This document shows, piece after piece, positions 8,306-17,475 of a DNA stretch of 64,000 bases. Every line of letters begins with the position of its first letter. Position 1 is the first letter of the stretch. Both the position numbers and the translations under genes were made by a program. A model generated the notes under the pieces. That model was not told the origin of the DNA, made no database searches, and worked only from the letters and a program-made list of their open reading frames with translations. Origin of the DNA: Planctomycetota bacterium. GTDB taxonomy: Bacteria; Planctomycetota; UBA1135; UBA2386. The stretch covers positions 728,155-792,154 of the forward strand of contig CBDFNI010000009.1 in assembly GCA_965250175.1 (NCBI GenBank). Reading direction: 5' to 3'.

Positions 8306-9979
8306 TCAATCGCGGTCTGTTTCAGCCAAAAACCATTTGGGATGCGCCCGTGAGCCTTGATTGACGATCTTGTCGGATCGGCGAAGTTCTTGCAGTAGAT
8401 TATGAACCTTGCGCAGCTTCTGCTCGGGAGTTAAGCGATCGGGTAGTTTTCCCAGCAACAGATCATCCACATCGCGGCGACTTACCGGCCCATGCACCCG
8501 AACTAGCTCCAGGACGAGGTCGAGATAGTACTGCTTGTCTAAGCCGCGTTCACGAATGTGTCGACCGGTATGGCCGGTGGCCTTGGCAATGGAGCCAGCA
8601 ACTATGGGGTTTGGATAGCGGCCCTCGACCAGTTTGGCTGCTTTTAAGACGCGGCAATCTTCGCGACTGATGTGCTGCGCCTTTTGCACGCGATCTAGCA
8701 GCATCACCAGTCCAAGATCGAGAGTTGTCTGTTCCATCAATAGGCGGGTATAGCTTTCGTTCAGAATTCGTCCGCTGATGCTTACTGCAACCTGGTCGTG
8801 TGCGGTCAAGTCATAGTCTGGAAGGGGAAACGAGCGCCGGCGCTGTGTCTCAAACATGCGCTTGATCCCTCCGCCTTGGGTGTCGATCAGGTTCAGCTCG
8901 ACCATTGCGTCTGCTAGGAACGGATTGCGGTAGATGGCTTGCGGAGCATTCTGCCGGATCACAGTCCCGACATCGCCTGGTAAAAAGTCACCAACGTTGG
9001 TAAGTAGTACCCGGTCGGGAAACTCAACTACGGTGATGCGTCCGTGCAATCTGTAATCCTGGTGGGCAATGCAGTTGTGCAAAGCTTCGCGGATAACCCA
9101 TGAATCGTACTGCATCATTTCCTGTGGAAACAGTGTTCCACTGGGTAGGGCGCGCACGATCAGGTTGCGAATGCGTTTTTGCAGGAGGTCGCCAACTAGA
9201 AGAAAAGGTGGCCCAAAATGTTCGTAGTCGAGCTCTTGGTTGTTTGCATCTTTTAGTACCCATGAGGTTTTGGTTACTGCAGGGGTAAGCAGCGATGCTG
9301 ACTCGGCTCTGCCAAGTAGGAGCAAGGCAGTATGAGTAACAGCCCCTTGCTTCAGTGCTTTGGCCTTGTTTAGAAAGGTTATGTCATCCCATTTGGCCAC
9401 TTCATTTGCCTGATCACGGTGCTTAACTACAAACTGTTCGCGGGCCATCAGGATCGCCTCCGGATCCAAATCTCTTAGGGTGGCACCTTGGCAGGTCTCC
9501 GCTGACCAGTCGCTTCGTTTTGCCCAGAGAGATCGTTCCTTTTCGGGATGGTTGGCCAGCGCAGTCTTGCTCGAACCTATGCGGATGTAGGCCTTCCCGT
9601 AAAATTCCACCGGTTGATCACGGGCTGGATAGATCTCAAATAGGACGATGCGACCATCCGGATGGTTGACGGTAAAGGTCTCAAAGCCAGTATTAGGGCG
9701 CAGCCCTGTTGTGAGCCAAGGCAAGAGGTCCTGGTTGCCACTACCTTTGACCGTGTATGGATCAAAATTGGTACCCACAACCTTGTGAGTCTCGTTATCG
9801 ATGCCGAAAATCAAATATGCATGCGGCTGACCCAACAGACAGGCTGAGTTTGCTAGTGCAGAAAGGTATTCACCAAGCTTCTGAGGCTCGTAGTAATTGC
9901 GTTTAAACTCAAGCCACTCTTGCTCCTTCTGCATGGCTCGAAGCCGGTCAATCTGCGCAACTTGGACAGCTTCGGTCAT
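8306..9979 (-). CDS. AlbA_2 (Schlafen-type putative DNA-binding) + HATPase_c_4 ('RecG C-terminal-like') + wHTH protein
   Basis: N-terminal EQEWLEFKRNYY...ALANSACLLGQPHAYLIFGIDNETHKVVGT (AlbA_2 signature). Central IREALHNCIAHQDYRLHGRITVVEFPDRVLLTNVGDFLPG (HATPase_c_4 signature). The gene is visibly AT-richer than the flanking core genes. Confidence 0.8.
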   Translation of the reverse strand: MTEAVQVAQIDRLRAMQKEQEWLEFKRNYYEPQKLGEYLSALANSACLLGQPHAYLIFGIDNETHKVVGTNFDPYTVKGSGNQDLLPWLTTGLRPNTGFETFTVNHPDGRIVLFEIYPARDQPVEFYGKAYIRIGSSKTALANHPEKERSLWAKRSDWSAETCQGATLRDLDPEAILMAREQFVVKHRDQANEVAKWDDITFLNKAKALKQGAVTHTALLLLGRAESASLLTPAVTKTSWVLKDANNQELDYEHFGPPFLLVGDLLQKRIRNLIVRALPSGTLFPQEMMQYDSWVIREALHNCIAHQDYRLHGRITVVEFPDRVLLTNVGDFLPGDVGTVIRQNAPQAIYRNPFLADAMVELNLIDTQGGGIKRMFETQRRRSFPLPDYDLTAHDQVAVSISGRILNESYTRLLMEQTTLDLGLVMLLDRVQKAQHISREDCRVLKAAKLVEGRYPNPIVAGSIAKATGHTGRHIRERGLDKQYYLDLVLELVRVHGPVSRRDVDDLLLGKLPDRLTPEQKLRKVHNLLQELRRSDKIVNQGSRAHPKWFLAETDRD

Positions 9980-10185
9980 GCTTTGGCTTCAAGGAAAACG
10001 AAGATCTTTGCCATAGCTGCCCAGCGGTGAGTGGGGTGCCTTCGAGAACTCTGACCATTGTGGAGCAAGCATCCCCTTCTTTCTGTGGTCCAAAACGGAT
10101 TTCGTTACATCCGAGTGTCAACAATCTTCAGACTATTTTCTGGTCTGAGGTTGGCTGAATGTGGGCAAGGCAATGCCGTAAGTAC

Positions 10186-12036
10186 TCAGTGCTTCTCCCG
10201 CAGGTACCGAACAATCTCCCACATAACCCGGCAATCCACTTCGTTGTAGTCCGCAATCTCCTGCATCAGATCCAGGTCGGTCATGCTGCAACCCAGACGC
10301 AACGCTTCATGGTGGCACCACCAGGCTCCAACCATGGCGCCCAGCCCGTCCGTCGACCCATCCTTCCAAGAAGTGGAAATCAAGCCATGGCCATGCATGG
10401 TCTTGGCGATGGCCTTCAAGCCAAAGGCCAAGCAGCCCTTGATGACGATGGGTTCCTTCTTCACCACCTCCGAAAGGAAGTCGAACCAGGGGATCTCCGG
10501 CCAGCTCTGTTCCGGCTGCCGTTCCTGAGCGGAGTTGTAGGCATTGCCTAGAAACGAAGCTTCAGCGTTTGACCAGTGGATCACCGGTGGCAGGTCCGCC
10601 CCCTGCCCCAACACCTGATCCGTAACGTCCCGCATCCACGCGGTCCATTCCTGCAAGATGCGCACTTCTTCCGCTTCTGTCAGGGACGTGACGGTAAAGC
10701 TGCGATAGGTCCAGGGAGAATCCGGCTTGCTGGCATCGGCATAGCCACAGCCCACCATGAAGATCAGCGGTTGGCCACCGGCCTCGGGCAGCGCGCTGAA
10801 GTCATCATCCAGGTCGGAGACCGTTTCAAAGTCCACGTAGAACTCCAGGCTCTTGCGCTCCTTCCAACCGCCCTTGTTGTTGACGATATTTTGCGGGAAG
10901 ACCAGCTGCCCCGATGCATCCCGCTGCGCATCCAGAATGGCTTGCAGGATGCGTGCGGTGTAGCCCTTCTTCCCTAACAGAGCAGGCGTCAGCCCCTTCG
11001 CGTCCCAGGAGCTGAAGCCCTTGAGCTTTGCCTTGTCACGGCCCTTGTTGCCCACACTCCAAAGCATGGTGAGATCCTTGGTCTGACTTAGGATTTCACT
11101 CTTGGCGCCATGCCAGGGCTGATCGCTCTGGTTGCCGGCGTTGGGACGCAGCTCTGGGATGCTGGGCTGCGGCAACGCATTCCAACTAGCGCCCATTTCC
11201 CGCAGCCGCCGGACCCAGTCCAAAGCCGCATCGGCATGGCTTTGGATGTCCCGGTCTAGGCCATTCAGTTCCACTGCGGCCAGGCGTTCCAAAGCACTCT
11301 GGCCCCGGTAGGTCTTGCCCTTGGACTGGTATTCCCATTTGCGCCCCAGGATGTAGGCCTGCGGCGCTGCATATTCCTGAATGCGGCCCAGTGCCCGGTT
11401 GTAGAGGGCTACCTGCGCCTTGTAGCTCTTCTTGCTGCCGGAATTCAGCAAGCTGATTCCCTGGGCGTCCAGATTCAGGGTGCTGAACTTGATGTCCACT
11501 ACCCGGTAGTGATGGGCAGGAAGTCCCAGACCTGGAGCTCCCCGCGCAACATCCGCATCGGTGAGCAGCGGCTCTTGCACCAGGCGATTCAGGTAGTCGC
11601 TGCGCACCAAAAGGTCGGGCATGCCATAGCAGCGGTTCTCGGGATCGCGCAGGACGGCCTGGTAGAGGAAGGGAACGCCGGCAGCCATTTGATCGAAGGT
11701 GGCTTCGGCTTTGGCGGCTGACTTGGCATCGGTGTAGGTAGAAGCAATGGTGGCGATGGAGTCGGCGCCGAACTTCTGGCGCAGGAGGGCGAGGATGGCA
11801 AGTTCGAATTCCTGGCCTTTCCTGAAGATGAAGTCCAGAAAGTCAGTGCGTGGGTCGTGGTGCTTTTGCTCGCTGTCCTTGTGAAAGCCCTCGTCCTCGC
11901 CATAGAGCTCCAGCCAATCCAGGATTGGGTCACCAAGGAGGAAGTTGCGGGTGCGGCTGGCGGAAACCCATGCTGACCAATTCGGCTTCTCCAGCCTCTT
12001 GCCCGAGTCGGTGTGGTAGATGTGTTTCTTTGCCAT
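10186..12036 (-). CDS. RecB-family PD-(D/E)xK nuclease fused to an RNase-H-fold (DEDDy-like) exonuclease domain (TM0106-like)
   Basis: N-terminal half: YGMPDLLVRSD ... YRVVDIKFST ... KAQVALYNRAL (D, D/E-x-K and QxxxY motifs). C-terminal half: EFYVDFETVSD ... VIHWSNAE ... IADYNEVDCRVMWEI (exonuclease-like acidic motifs). Confidence 0.75.
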   Translation of the reverse strand: MAKKHIYHTDSGKRLEKPNWSAWVSASRTRNFLLGDPILDWLELYGEDEGFHKDSEQKHHDPRTDFLDFIFRKGQEFELAILALLRQKFGADSIATIASTYTDAKSAAKAEATFDQMAAGVPFLYQAVLRDPENRCYGMPDLLVRSDYLNRLVQEPLLTDADVARGAPGLGLPAHHYRVVDIKFSTLNLDAQGISLLNSGSKKSYKAQVALYNRALGRIQEYAAPQAYILGRKWEYQSKGKTYRGQSALERLAAVELNGLDRDIQSHADAALDWVRRLREMGASWNALPQPSIPELRPNAGNQSDQPWHGAKSEILSQTKDLTMLWSVGNKGRDKAKLKGFSSWDAKGLTPALLGKKGYTARILQAILDAQRDASGQLVFPQNIVNNKGGWKERKSLEFYVDFETVSDLDDDFSALPEAGGQPLIFMVGCGYADASKPDSPWTYRSFTVTSLTEAEEVRILQEWTAWMRDVTDQVLGQGADLPPVIHWSNAEASFLGNAYNSAQERQPEQSWPEIPWFDFLSEVVKKEPIVIKGCLAFGLKAIAKTMHGHGLISTSWKDGSTDGLGAMVGAWWCHHEALRLGCSMTDLDLMQEIADYNEVDCRVMWEIVRYLREKH

Positions 12037-12231
12037 GGGTCTGCTGCTGTGTCCATACTTCCAAGCTGGGATAGTTGGAGGATGTTATCGTTTGTCGGAT
12101 GTAGCGGAATAGCCGGCCGGGGTTCTCAGCTCCGCCAACCTTTGACATGTGTTCTCGAGCTGATGAAGCGCATCAACGGCTTGAACGCATATGAGTCTTC
12201 TCCCGGTTCGGTAGGCAGTTCGGCCTCTTGG

Positions 12232-13500
12232 CTATCTTGGTGGGGGTGGAGTGTCGTCGTAGATGCCGACCCATTCGTTTGCGTACACCGCGTCGAAGAA
12301 CAGGACCCAGCTTCTTTTTGGAACCTTGCCTGTGCTAAGGATATTCCTGACAAGCGAGATTCCTTTGTCCAAGTCCACCAGTGCCAAGTCCACGTACGAG
12401 TAACGCTTGCCGGTTCCTCCGCCTACGACTGCGCCAAGGCCGCCTTTGCGTAGAGCCGCATCCAGTGCGTCTTCGATTTCCGCCTTGTCCGCGAACCCTT
12501 CTTCTGCAAGTCCCTGGGTGCCGTCGAGCTTCACATAGCAAAATCTCTCGTTGTGACGAGAGAATCGCTCTGAGAAGAAGGTGGTGTCGGAGTGTGCCGC
12601 GGACCACATGCCCGGCAGGATGGATCTGCCAACAATGAGATCCAGTTGGCGCGGGTAGTCATCACGATCTTTCGGTTTGAGCTTCCACAGTGTCCCCTTG
12701 AGTATCCCGTCGGGTATGGCTGCAAGGGTTTTTTCGGGTAGCTTCGCCTGGGTTGCTTGGATGGTTATGGAAACCCTATCCTGTAATTCGGAAAGGGGGA
12801 CCGAATTCTTACCCTTCTCATTTGTGGTTTCGATGACTCCGACCCAGGTGTCCAAGACCTGTTCACCCAGAATCGATTCCGTGCAGATGAAGGCTGCACT
12901 CAAGTCCGCAGGATCGTCATCGTTGTTCATGAACTCCGGCGAATAGAACGTCAGATCGACTGTGTTGTGCTCACCAGGCGAAACCTGGACAACTGCTCCT
13001 TTGAGTGAACGAAGCCCGCGGGCTGTCAAGATCTGCTCTGCCTGTTCCGCCGTCTCGGGCAGGCGATGGGTGTAGAACTCAAAACCATGAATCTTGGGCG
13101 CTCGGCTGAGAATGGTCTCAACGAGGGGGCGTAATTCTCGGTCGGATTCTGGTGTGATGACCAGGCGATGGCCGCCATTCAACCCTGGTCCGAACTCCCA
13201 CATGAGCCGCGGGTCAATGGCCTGCAGGTGAACGATCATCCATTCGGCAAGGTCCCACTTCTTTCCCCGGTTGAACATAGCATCAATGTCGGACTTTTTA
13301 CTTTCGAAGGCTTCCCACCAACTGTCGATGGCCTTGAGCTTCTCATCACGGAATGCACACCATTGGGGATCTTGCGGGTTTCCGAATTTCCACCGTGTGT
13401 TTGCCGGCATTTTGTTCTCCTGTGGGAGGGGCAGGGTGGCGCGCGCAGTGCTCGAGAGCAAGATGAGCGCAACAAAGAACAGGCCAGATACGGTTCTCAT
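12232..13500 (-). CDS. hypothetical protein with predicted signal peptide; no recognisable domain
   Basis: The 422-aa ORF starts MRTVSGLFFVALILLSSTARA-TLP (signal-peptide-like). An alternative internal start at 13410 (M31) has a very good RBS (AGGAGAACAAAATG). Confidence 0.6.
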   Translation of the reverse strand: MRTVSGLFFVALILLSSTARATLPLPQENKMPANTRWKFGNPQDPQWCAFRDEKLKAIDSWWEAFESKKSDIDAMFNRGKKWDLAEWMIVHLQAIDPRLMWEFGPGLNGGHRLVITPESDRELRPLVETILSRAPKIHGFEFYTHRLPETAEQAEQILTARGLRSLKGAVVQVSPGEHNTVDLTFYSPEFMNNDDDPADLSAAFICTESILGEQVLDTWVGVIETTNEKGKNSVPLSELQDRVSITIQATQAKLPEKTLAAIPDGILKGTLWKLKPKDRDDYPRQLDLIVGRSILPGMWSAAHSDTTFFSERFSRHNERFCYVKLDGTQGLAEEGFADKAEIEDALDAALRKGGLGAVVGGGTGKRYSYVDLALVDLDKGISLVRNILSTGKVPKRSWVLFFDAVYANEWVGIYDDTPPPPR

Positions 13501-13562
13501 GGGTCGCCTCGCAACTCAGGGTGTTGATCCAGCTCCCGCGCAAGTTCAGGTGCCAGAAGACA

Positions 13563-13633
13563 TGGTACGCCCGAAGGGATTCGAACCCCTGACCCCCGCT
13601 TTAGGAAGAAGAGGCTCTACGTCCCGTGGGCGC
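13563..13633 (-). pseudogene. tRNA-Arg(CCT)-like remnant (canonical 3' half, defective D-arm and anticodon stem)
   Basis: The reverse strand reads GCGCCCACGGGACGTAGAGCCTCTTCTTCCTAAAGCGGGGGTCAGGGGTTCGAATCCCTTCGGGCGTACCA. The T-arm (AGGGG-TTCGAAT-CCCTT), acceptor pairing (6/7), the CCA end and the loop TTCCTAA (anticodon CCT) are present. The D-arm is too short and the anticodon stem has 2 mismatches. Confidence 0.5.
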
Positions 13634-13888
13634 GGTGGCAAGGTTAACAGAGTACGGAGGGCATTGTCCAGGAAGGGAATAGTAAGTGGGTGGAAGGCCA
13701 TGGCGATGATTGTCCGCCAAAGAGTGTCATGGATGCGGTATTCAATGGGGCTTGCGCAGAGCATGACCAAGATCAGGTGATAGTCTTCCTTGGTCCCTGT
13801 CCCCCCATTCGATTTGAGGCACCGCAATTCTCGCTGACGCGATCAGGGGCTGGAGTAGTGGTGCATTGGCAATCCAAGGAGATTGATT

Positions 13889-14227
13889 TTGATAAAAGGC
13901 ACCTTCTACCCCCTAGCCGTCGACCCGAGCATGATTGGTACCTACCCTGCGAATTGTTCCATAGGGAAGCATGTTTGCTTGCCACTGGAAGAGGTACTGG
14001 AGTACCGTGTTTGGGTTCTGCCCAAAAAGGGTCATATATCCCTTCAGTGTTTTGCCAGCTTTGGTGATGCGTTGGAATTCGCCATGAAAACAGAGCATGC
14101 GAAGTGGCCAACTATTCTCATGGATCTCACGCATTTCCGCACTGGAGACTACCCACATCCGATTGGTGAGTTTGCGCCTTACCAGCTAACCCAAATGCAA
14201 AGGGAGAGCGAGGTGGATATTATCTAG
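13889..14227 (+). CDS. small hypothetical protein
   Basis: About 112 codons. AAGGAG at 13876-13881 lies 7 nt before an in-frame TTG at 13889. No recognisable motif; AT-rich island context. Confidence 0.3.
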   Translation: MIKGTFYPLAVDPSMIGTYPANCSIGKHVCLPLEEVLEYRVWVLPKKGHISLQCFASFGDALEFAMKTEHAKWPTILMDLTHFRTGDYPHPIGEFAPYQLTQMQRESEVDII

Positions 14228-14555
14228 CTTCTGGCCCCCCCCTGGGTAGATCCTGGGTGTGGCATTTTCGTGCCCCCAGCATGAATCTGGTTGTGAAGTG
14301 GATGCCGTCTCTTGGCTACGGAAGCATGCGCCTAGGTCCATGAGAGTGGTGTCTATCCTTCGGCACCGGGTGGTCAACAATTGGCCGCCTATAGTCTCAT
14401 AAACTATTTTTTCATTGGCGCCCTGCGGTGGGAATTGCGGGGTATGCTACCCTTGCCCTTACCCACCAAGTTTGGCTCTGGTGTGATTGTGGGCGGTGTT
14501 GAACACCCCTGATGGTGTTGGTCACCAGAGACCTTGCTCATGTGGAAGGATAAGT

Positions 14556-16056
14556 CCCCGGCCTAGCAGGCCGTTGAAAAACTCCAAGTAGTTAAGCCGT
14601 GCTCCAATCCACGTACGTAGGGATAATATCCCAATCACGGAGGTGGATATTTCATGGCACTTGGCAAACGACGCGACAAGCAGCAAGCACTTTTGGTCTC
14701 GACGACCAATCTTCCCCGATCTCCAGGGCACCCGTTTTACGCGAAGCTGAATGAGCTTCTCAGCGAAGCGAAGTTCGATCACTATGTCGAATCGCTTTGC
14801 GAGCCCTACTACAAGGAAGGCGGCCGCCCTTCAATTCCGCCAGGCGTCTACTTCCGGATGCTGCTGGTCGGCTATTTCGAAGGTGTGGATTCACAGCGTG
14901 GGATTGCATGGCGCTGCAGTGACAGCCGCTCGCTCCAGCAATTCCTTGGGCTTTTGCTGACAGAGATGACCCCTGATCACTCCAGCTTGACCGTGATCCG
15001 CAAACGGCTGCCAGTAGAAGTGCACGAAGAGGTGTTTGCATTCGTGGTCAAGATCGCCAAATCCAAGGGCATGGTGAAGGGCAAGGCACTGGCCGTGGAC
15101 ACAACGACGTTGGAAGCCAATGCTGCAATGAAGTCCATTGTGCGCAAGGATACTGGCAAGGGCTGGAATGACTACGTGCGCGAGCTTGCGAAAGAAGAAG
15201 GGGCCGAAGTCCCAACGGAGGAGGACTTACGGCGATTCGATCGCAAACGCCGTGGGAAGAAGACCTCGAACAAGGACTGGGAGTCGCCCTCAGACCCCGA
15301 CAGCAGGATCGCGAAGATGAAGGATGGGCGTACCCACCTTGCCTACAAGGCACAGCACGCGCTGGACACTGACTCCGAGATCATCGTCTCCGCGACGATC
15401 CACCATGCAGATACTGCTGACAGCGAGGCACTGAAAGACGGAATCATTGAGGCTCAGGCGGTGCTGATCAGTGCTGAGCAAGATGACCAATACAAGGCAG
15501 TTGTCGCCGACAAGGGCTACCACAAAGTTGAAACCCTGGCATGGCTAAGCGAGAGAGAGATACTTTCTTACATACCACAGCCGCGGTCACAGAACCGCCG
15601 CAAGTGGACGGACAAACCAGAATCGTGGCAGGATGCTTATCGAGCAAACCGTCGGCGTGTTGCAGGATCGCGATCCAAAAAGCTCCAGCGCTTACGAAGT
15701 GAACGAGTGGAGAGAAGCTTTGCGCACACCTGTGGGTCAGGCGGTGCACGCCGGACTTGGTTGCGCGGCATCGAGAATGTCAAAAAGCGGTACGTGGTCC
15801 ATGTCGCTGCACGCAATCTTGGCACGATCATGCGTAGCCTGTTTGGAGTTGGGACGCCAAGGGGATTGCAGAGGGGCTTTGAGGGCTTCCTCAGCCGCGT
15901 ATATGAGCTTTGTGGATCTGTTTGGCCCCAACCAGCTTGCTGGATCGCAATGACTGCCATTATTTTCCGCCATAAGAATCCCGGGGCAGAAAACGGATGT
16001 CTCGGGATCGACAATCTCCAAATCACCCCTTCTTCAACGGCCTGCTAGAAGGGGCG
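14556..16056 (+). mobile_element. IS5/IS1182-family insertion sequence (ends approximate)
   Basis: Terminal inverted repeat core: CTAGCAGGCCGTTGAA at 14563-14578 versus its reverse complement TTCAACGGCCTGCTAG at 16033-16048. These flank a single DDE transposase ORF. Exact tips and target duplication are not resolved. Confidence 0.7.
14654..16048 (+). CDS. IS5/IS1182-family DDE transposase
   Basis: 464 aa. InsH-type N-terminus (GGRPSIPPGVYFRMLLVGYFEGVDSQRGIAWRCSDSRSLQQFLG) and a C-terminal SERVERSFAHTCGSGGARRTWLRGIENVKKRY block. Confidence 0.85.
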   Translation: MALGKRRDKQQALLVSTTNLPRSPGHPFYAKLNELLSEAKFDHYVESLCEPYYKEGGRPSIPPGVYFRMLLVGYFEGVDSQRGIAWRCSDSRSLQQFLGLLLTEMTPDHSSLTVIRKRLPVEVHEEVFAFVVKIAKSKGMVKGKALAVDTTTLEANAAMKSIVRKDTGKGWNDYVRELAKEEGAEVPTEEDLRRFDRKRRGKKTSNKDWESPSDPDSRIAKMKDGRTHLAYKAQHALDTDSEIIVSATIHHADTADSEALKDGIIEAQAVLISAEQDDQYKAVVADKGYHKVETLAWLSEREILSYIPQPRSQNRRKWTDKPESWQDAYRANRRRVAGSRSKKLQRLRSERVERSFAHTCGSGGARRTWLRGIENVKKRYVVHVAARNLGTIMRSLFGVGTPRGLQRGFEGFLSRVYELCGSVWPQPACWIAMTAIIFRHKNPGAENGCLGIDNLQITPSSTAC

Positions 16057-16076
16057 CCGTAACCGGAAGAGTAACC

Positions 16077-17254
16077 TAGTGGTATGACGCAGAATTAGTA
16101 GGCCTTTATATTAAGCCTCCCTACGCTTGCGGTGCGTAGGTATCGTTGGAGGCAAGACGATGCGCGTTGCAGTAGAGATTCAACTTACCAAGAGCGAGCG
16201 AAGCACCCTGACGAATTGGTCACGCAGTCGGAGAATTTCGGTGAGGCAAGCTCAGCGAGCCCGAATGATCCTTCTTGCCGCTGATGGCTACTCGAATGCG
16301 GATATAGCTGAGGAGATGAGGGTCAAGCGACACACTGTGGGGCGTTGGCGAAACCGCTTCAGCGAGCATCGCCTCACTGGTATAGAGAAGGACCTTCCTC
16401 GGGGAGGTCGTCCCCGTGCGAACGAGGAAGTTGAGAGTGAGATCATCCGCATGACTACGCAAGAGATCCCCGCGAACGCGACACACTGGAGCACGCGACT
16501 CCTTGCAGAGGAGATGGGAATCACGCAGTCGATGGTCCACCGCACATGGAAGGCCAACGGTCTGAAACCTCACTTGGTGAAGACGTTCAAGGTCAGCAAC
16601 GATTCTCGGTTCGAAGAGAAGCTGCGCGATGTGGTAGGTCTCTACCTGAATCCACCCGAGAATGCACTCGTCTTTAGCGCGGACGAAAAGACGTCAATTC
16701 AGGCTCTCGATCGGACCCAGAAGAGCCTTCCACTGGTCAAGGGTCGATGCGGCACGATGACTCATGACTACAAGAGGAACGGAACAACCACCTTGTTCGC
16801 CGCGATCGAGTTGGGTCACGGCGAAGTGATCGCAACCTGCATGAAGCGACATCGACATCAGGAGTGGATCAAGTTCCTGAGAATGATCGACGAGCAAACT
16901 CCAGCTGAACTCGGATCTGCACGTCATCGCCGACAACTACGCCACACACAAGCATGAGAAGGTTAAGCGGTGGCTGAAGCGCCATCCGCGATTCCACATG
17001 CACTTCATCCCGACAAGCAGCTCGTGGCTCAATATCGTGGAGGGGTTTTTCCGCAATCTTGATCAAAAACGCCTGAAGCGCGACGCGTTTCGCAGCGTCC
17101 CTCAACTCAAGAAAGCAATCATGGACTACATCGATAACCACAACGACGATCCGAAGCCGATTGTTTGGACCAAGGCCGCCGACGAGATCCTCGAAAAAGT
17201 CGGTCGCGCACGCGCTGCACTGAAAATGCCCCAACAGAGCGCATCACACCACTA
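16077..17254 (+). mobile_element. IS630-family insertion sequence, copy 1 (transposase frameshifted)
   Basis: Both ends sit in CTAG (16076-16079 and 17252-17255). IRs are CTAGTGGTATGACGC (left) and CTAGTGGTGTGATGC (right, reverse complement). Near-identical to copy 2 at 22692-23868. Confidence 0.85.
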
Positions 17255-17255
17255 G
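16160..17255 (+). pseudogene. IS630-family transposase, disrupted by a 1-bp insertion
   Basis: Copy 1 reads GAACTCGGATCTGCAC (extra G at 16913/16914) where copy 2 reads GAACTCGATCTGCAC. The track therefore shows 276-aa and 85-aa pieces whose sequences match the intact 375-aa ORF of copy 2. Confidence 0.85.
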
Positions 17256-17475
17256 CTTGCCGTGCAGCAGTTTTGGATCCGTTAAGGCTTTAAAGGCATT
17301 CACGCGTTCGTCTAAGGAAGCGGTATTTGTCTCGTCCAATGTCATTGGGTATTATACTAGTTATGAGTCAATTTTTCGCGACGACAGAGGAATGGCACCA
17401 TGTCTGTGCCAGATTGCGTTCGCAAAACGCCATCGATAGCAGCAACACCTACGCGCATTTTAGAAAGGACGGCCG

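Noticed and set aside
13563-13633. Calling the tRNA-like element a functional tRNA-Arg gene
   Set aside because: The D-arm is too short and unpaired, the anticodon stem has two mismatches, and the total length without CCA is only ~68 nt. It is reported as a remnant instead.
13546-14160. Integrase remnant next to the tRNA-like element (minus-strand ORFs 13546..13827, 13773..14111)
   Set aside because: A weak resemblance (YRIHDTLWRT versus the HxLRHT box) is the only hint. There are no R...HxxR...Y catalytic blocks, so it is not reported.
16900-16925. Programmed ribosomal frameshift in IS630 copy 1
   Set aside because: Copy 2 encodes the same protein as one uninterrupted ORF. The difference is a single extra G in copy 1, so this is a mutation, not a programmed signal.
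17256-17442. The 60-aa ORF 17257..17439 as the missing 3' part of the truncated gene 23869..24368, brought apart by inversion between the two IS630 copies
   Set aside because: Joining the flanks across CTAG does keep the frame open for ~62 codons. However, the segment is AT-rich, unlike the GC-rich gene fragment, and the peptide has no recognisable continuity. The 2-bp TA duplication cannot discriminate between the alternatives. Not supported.
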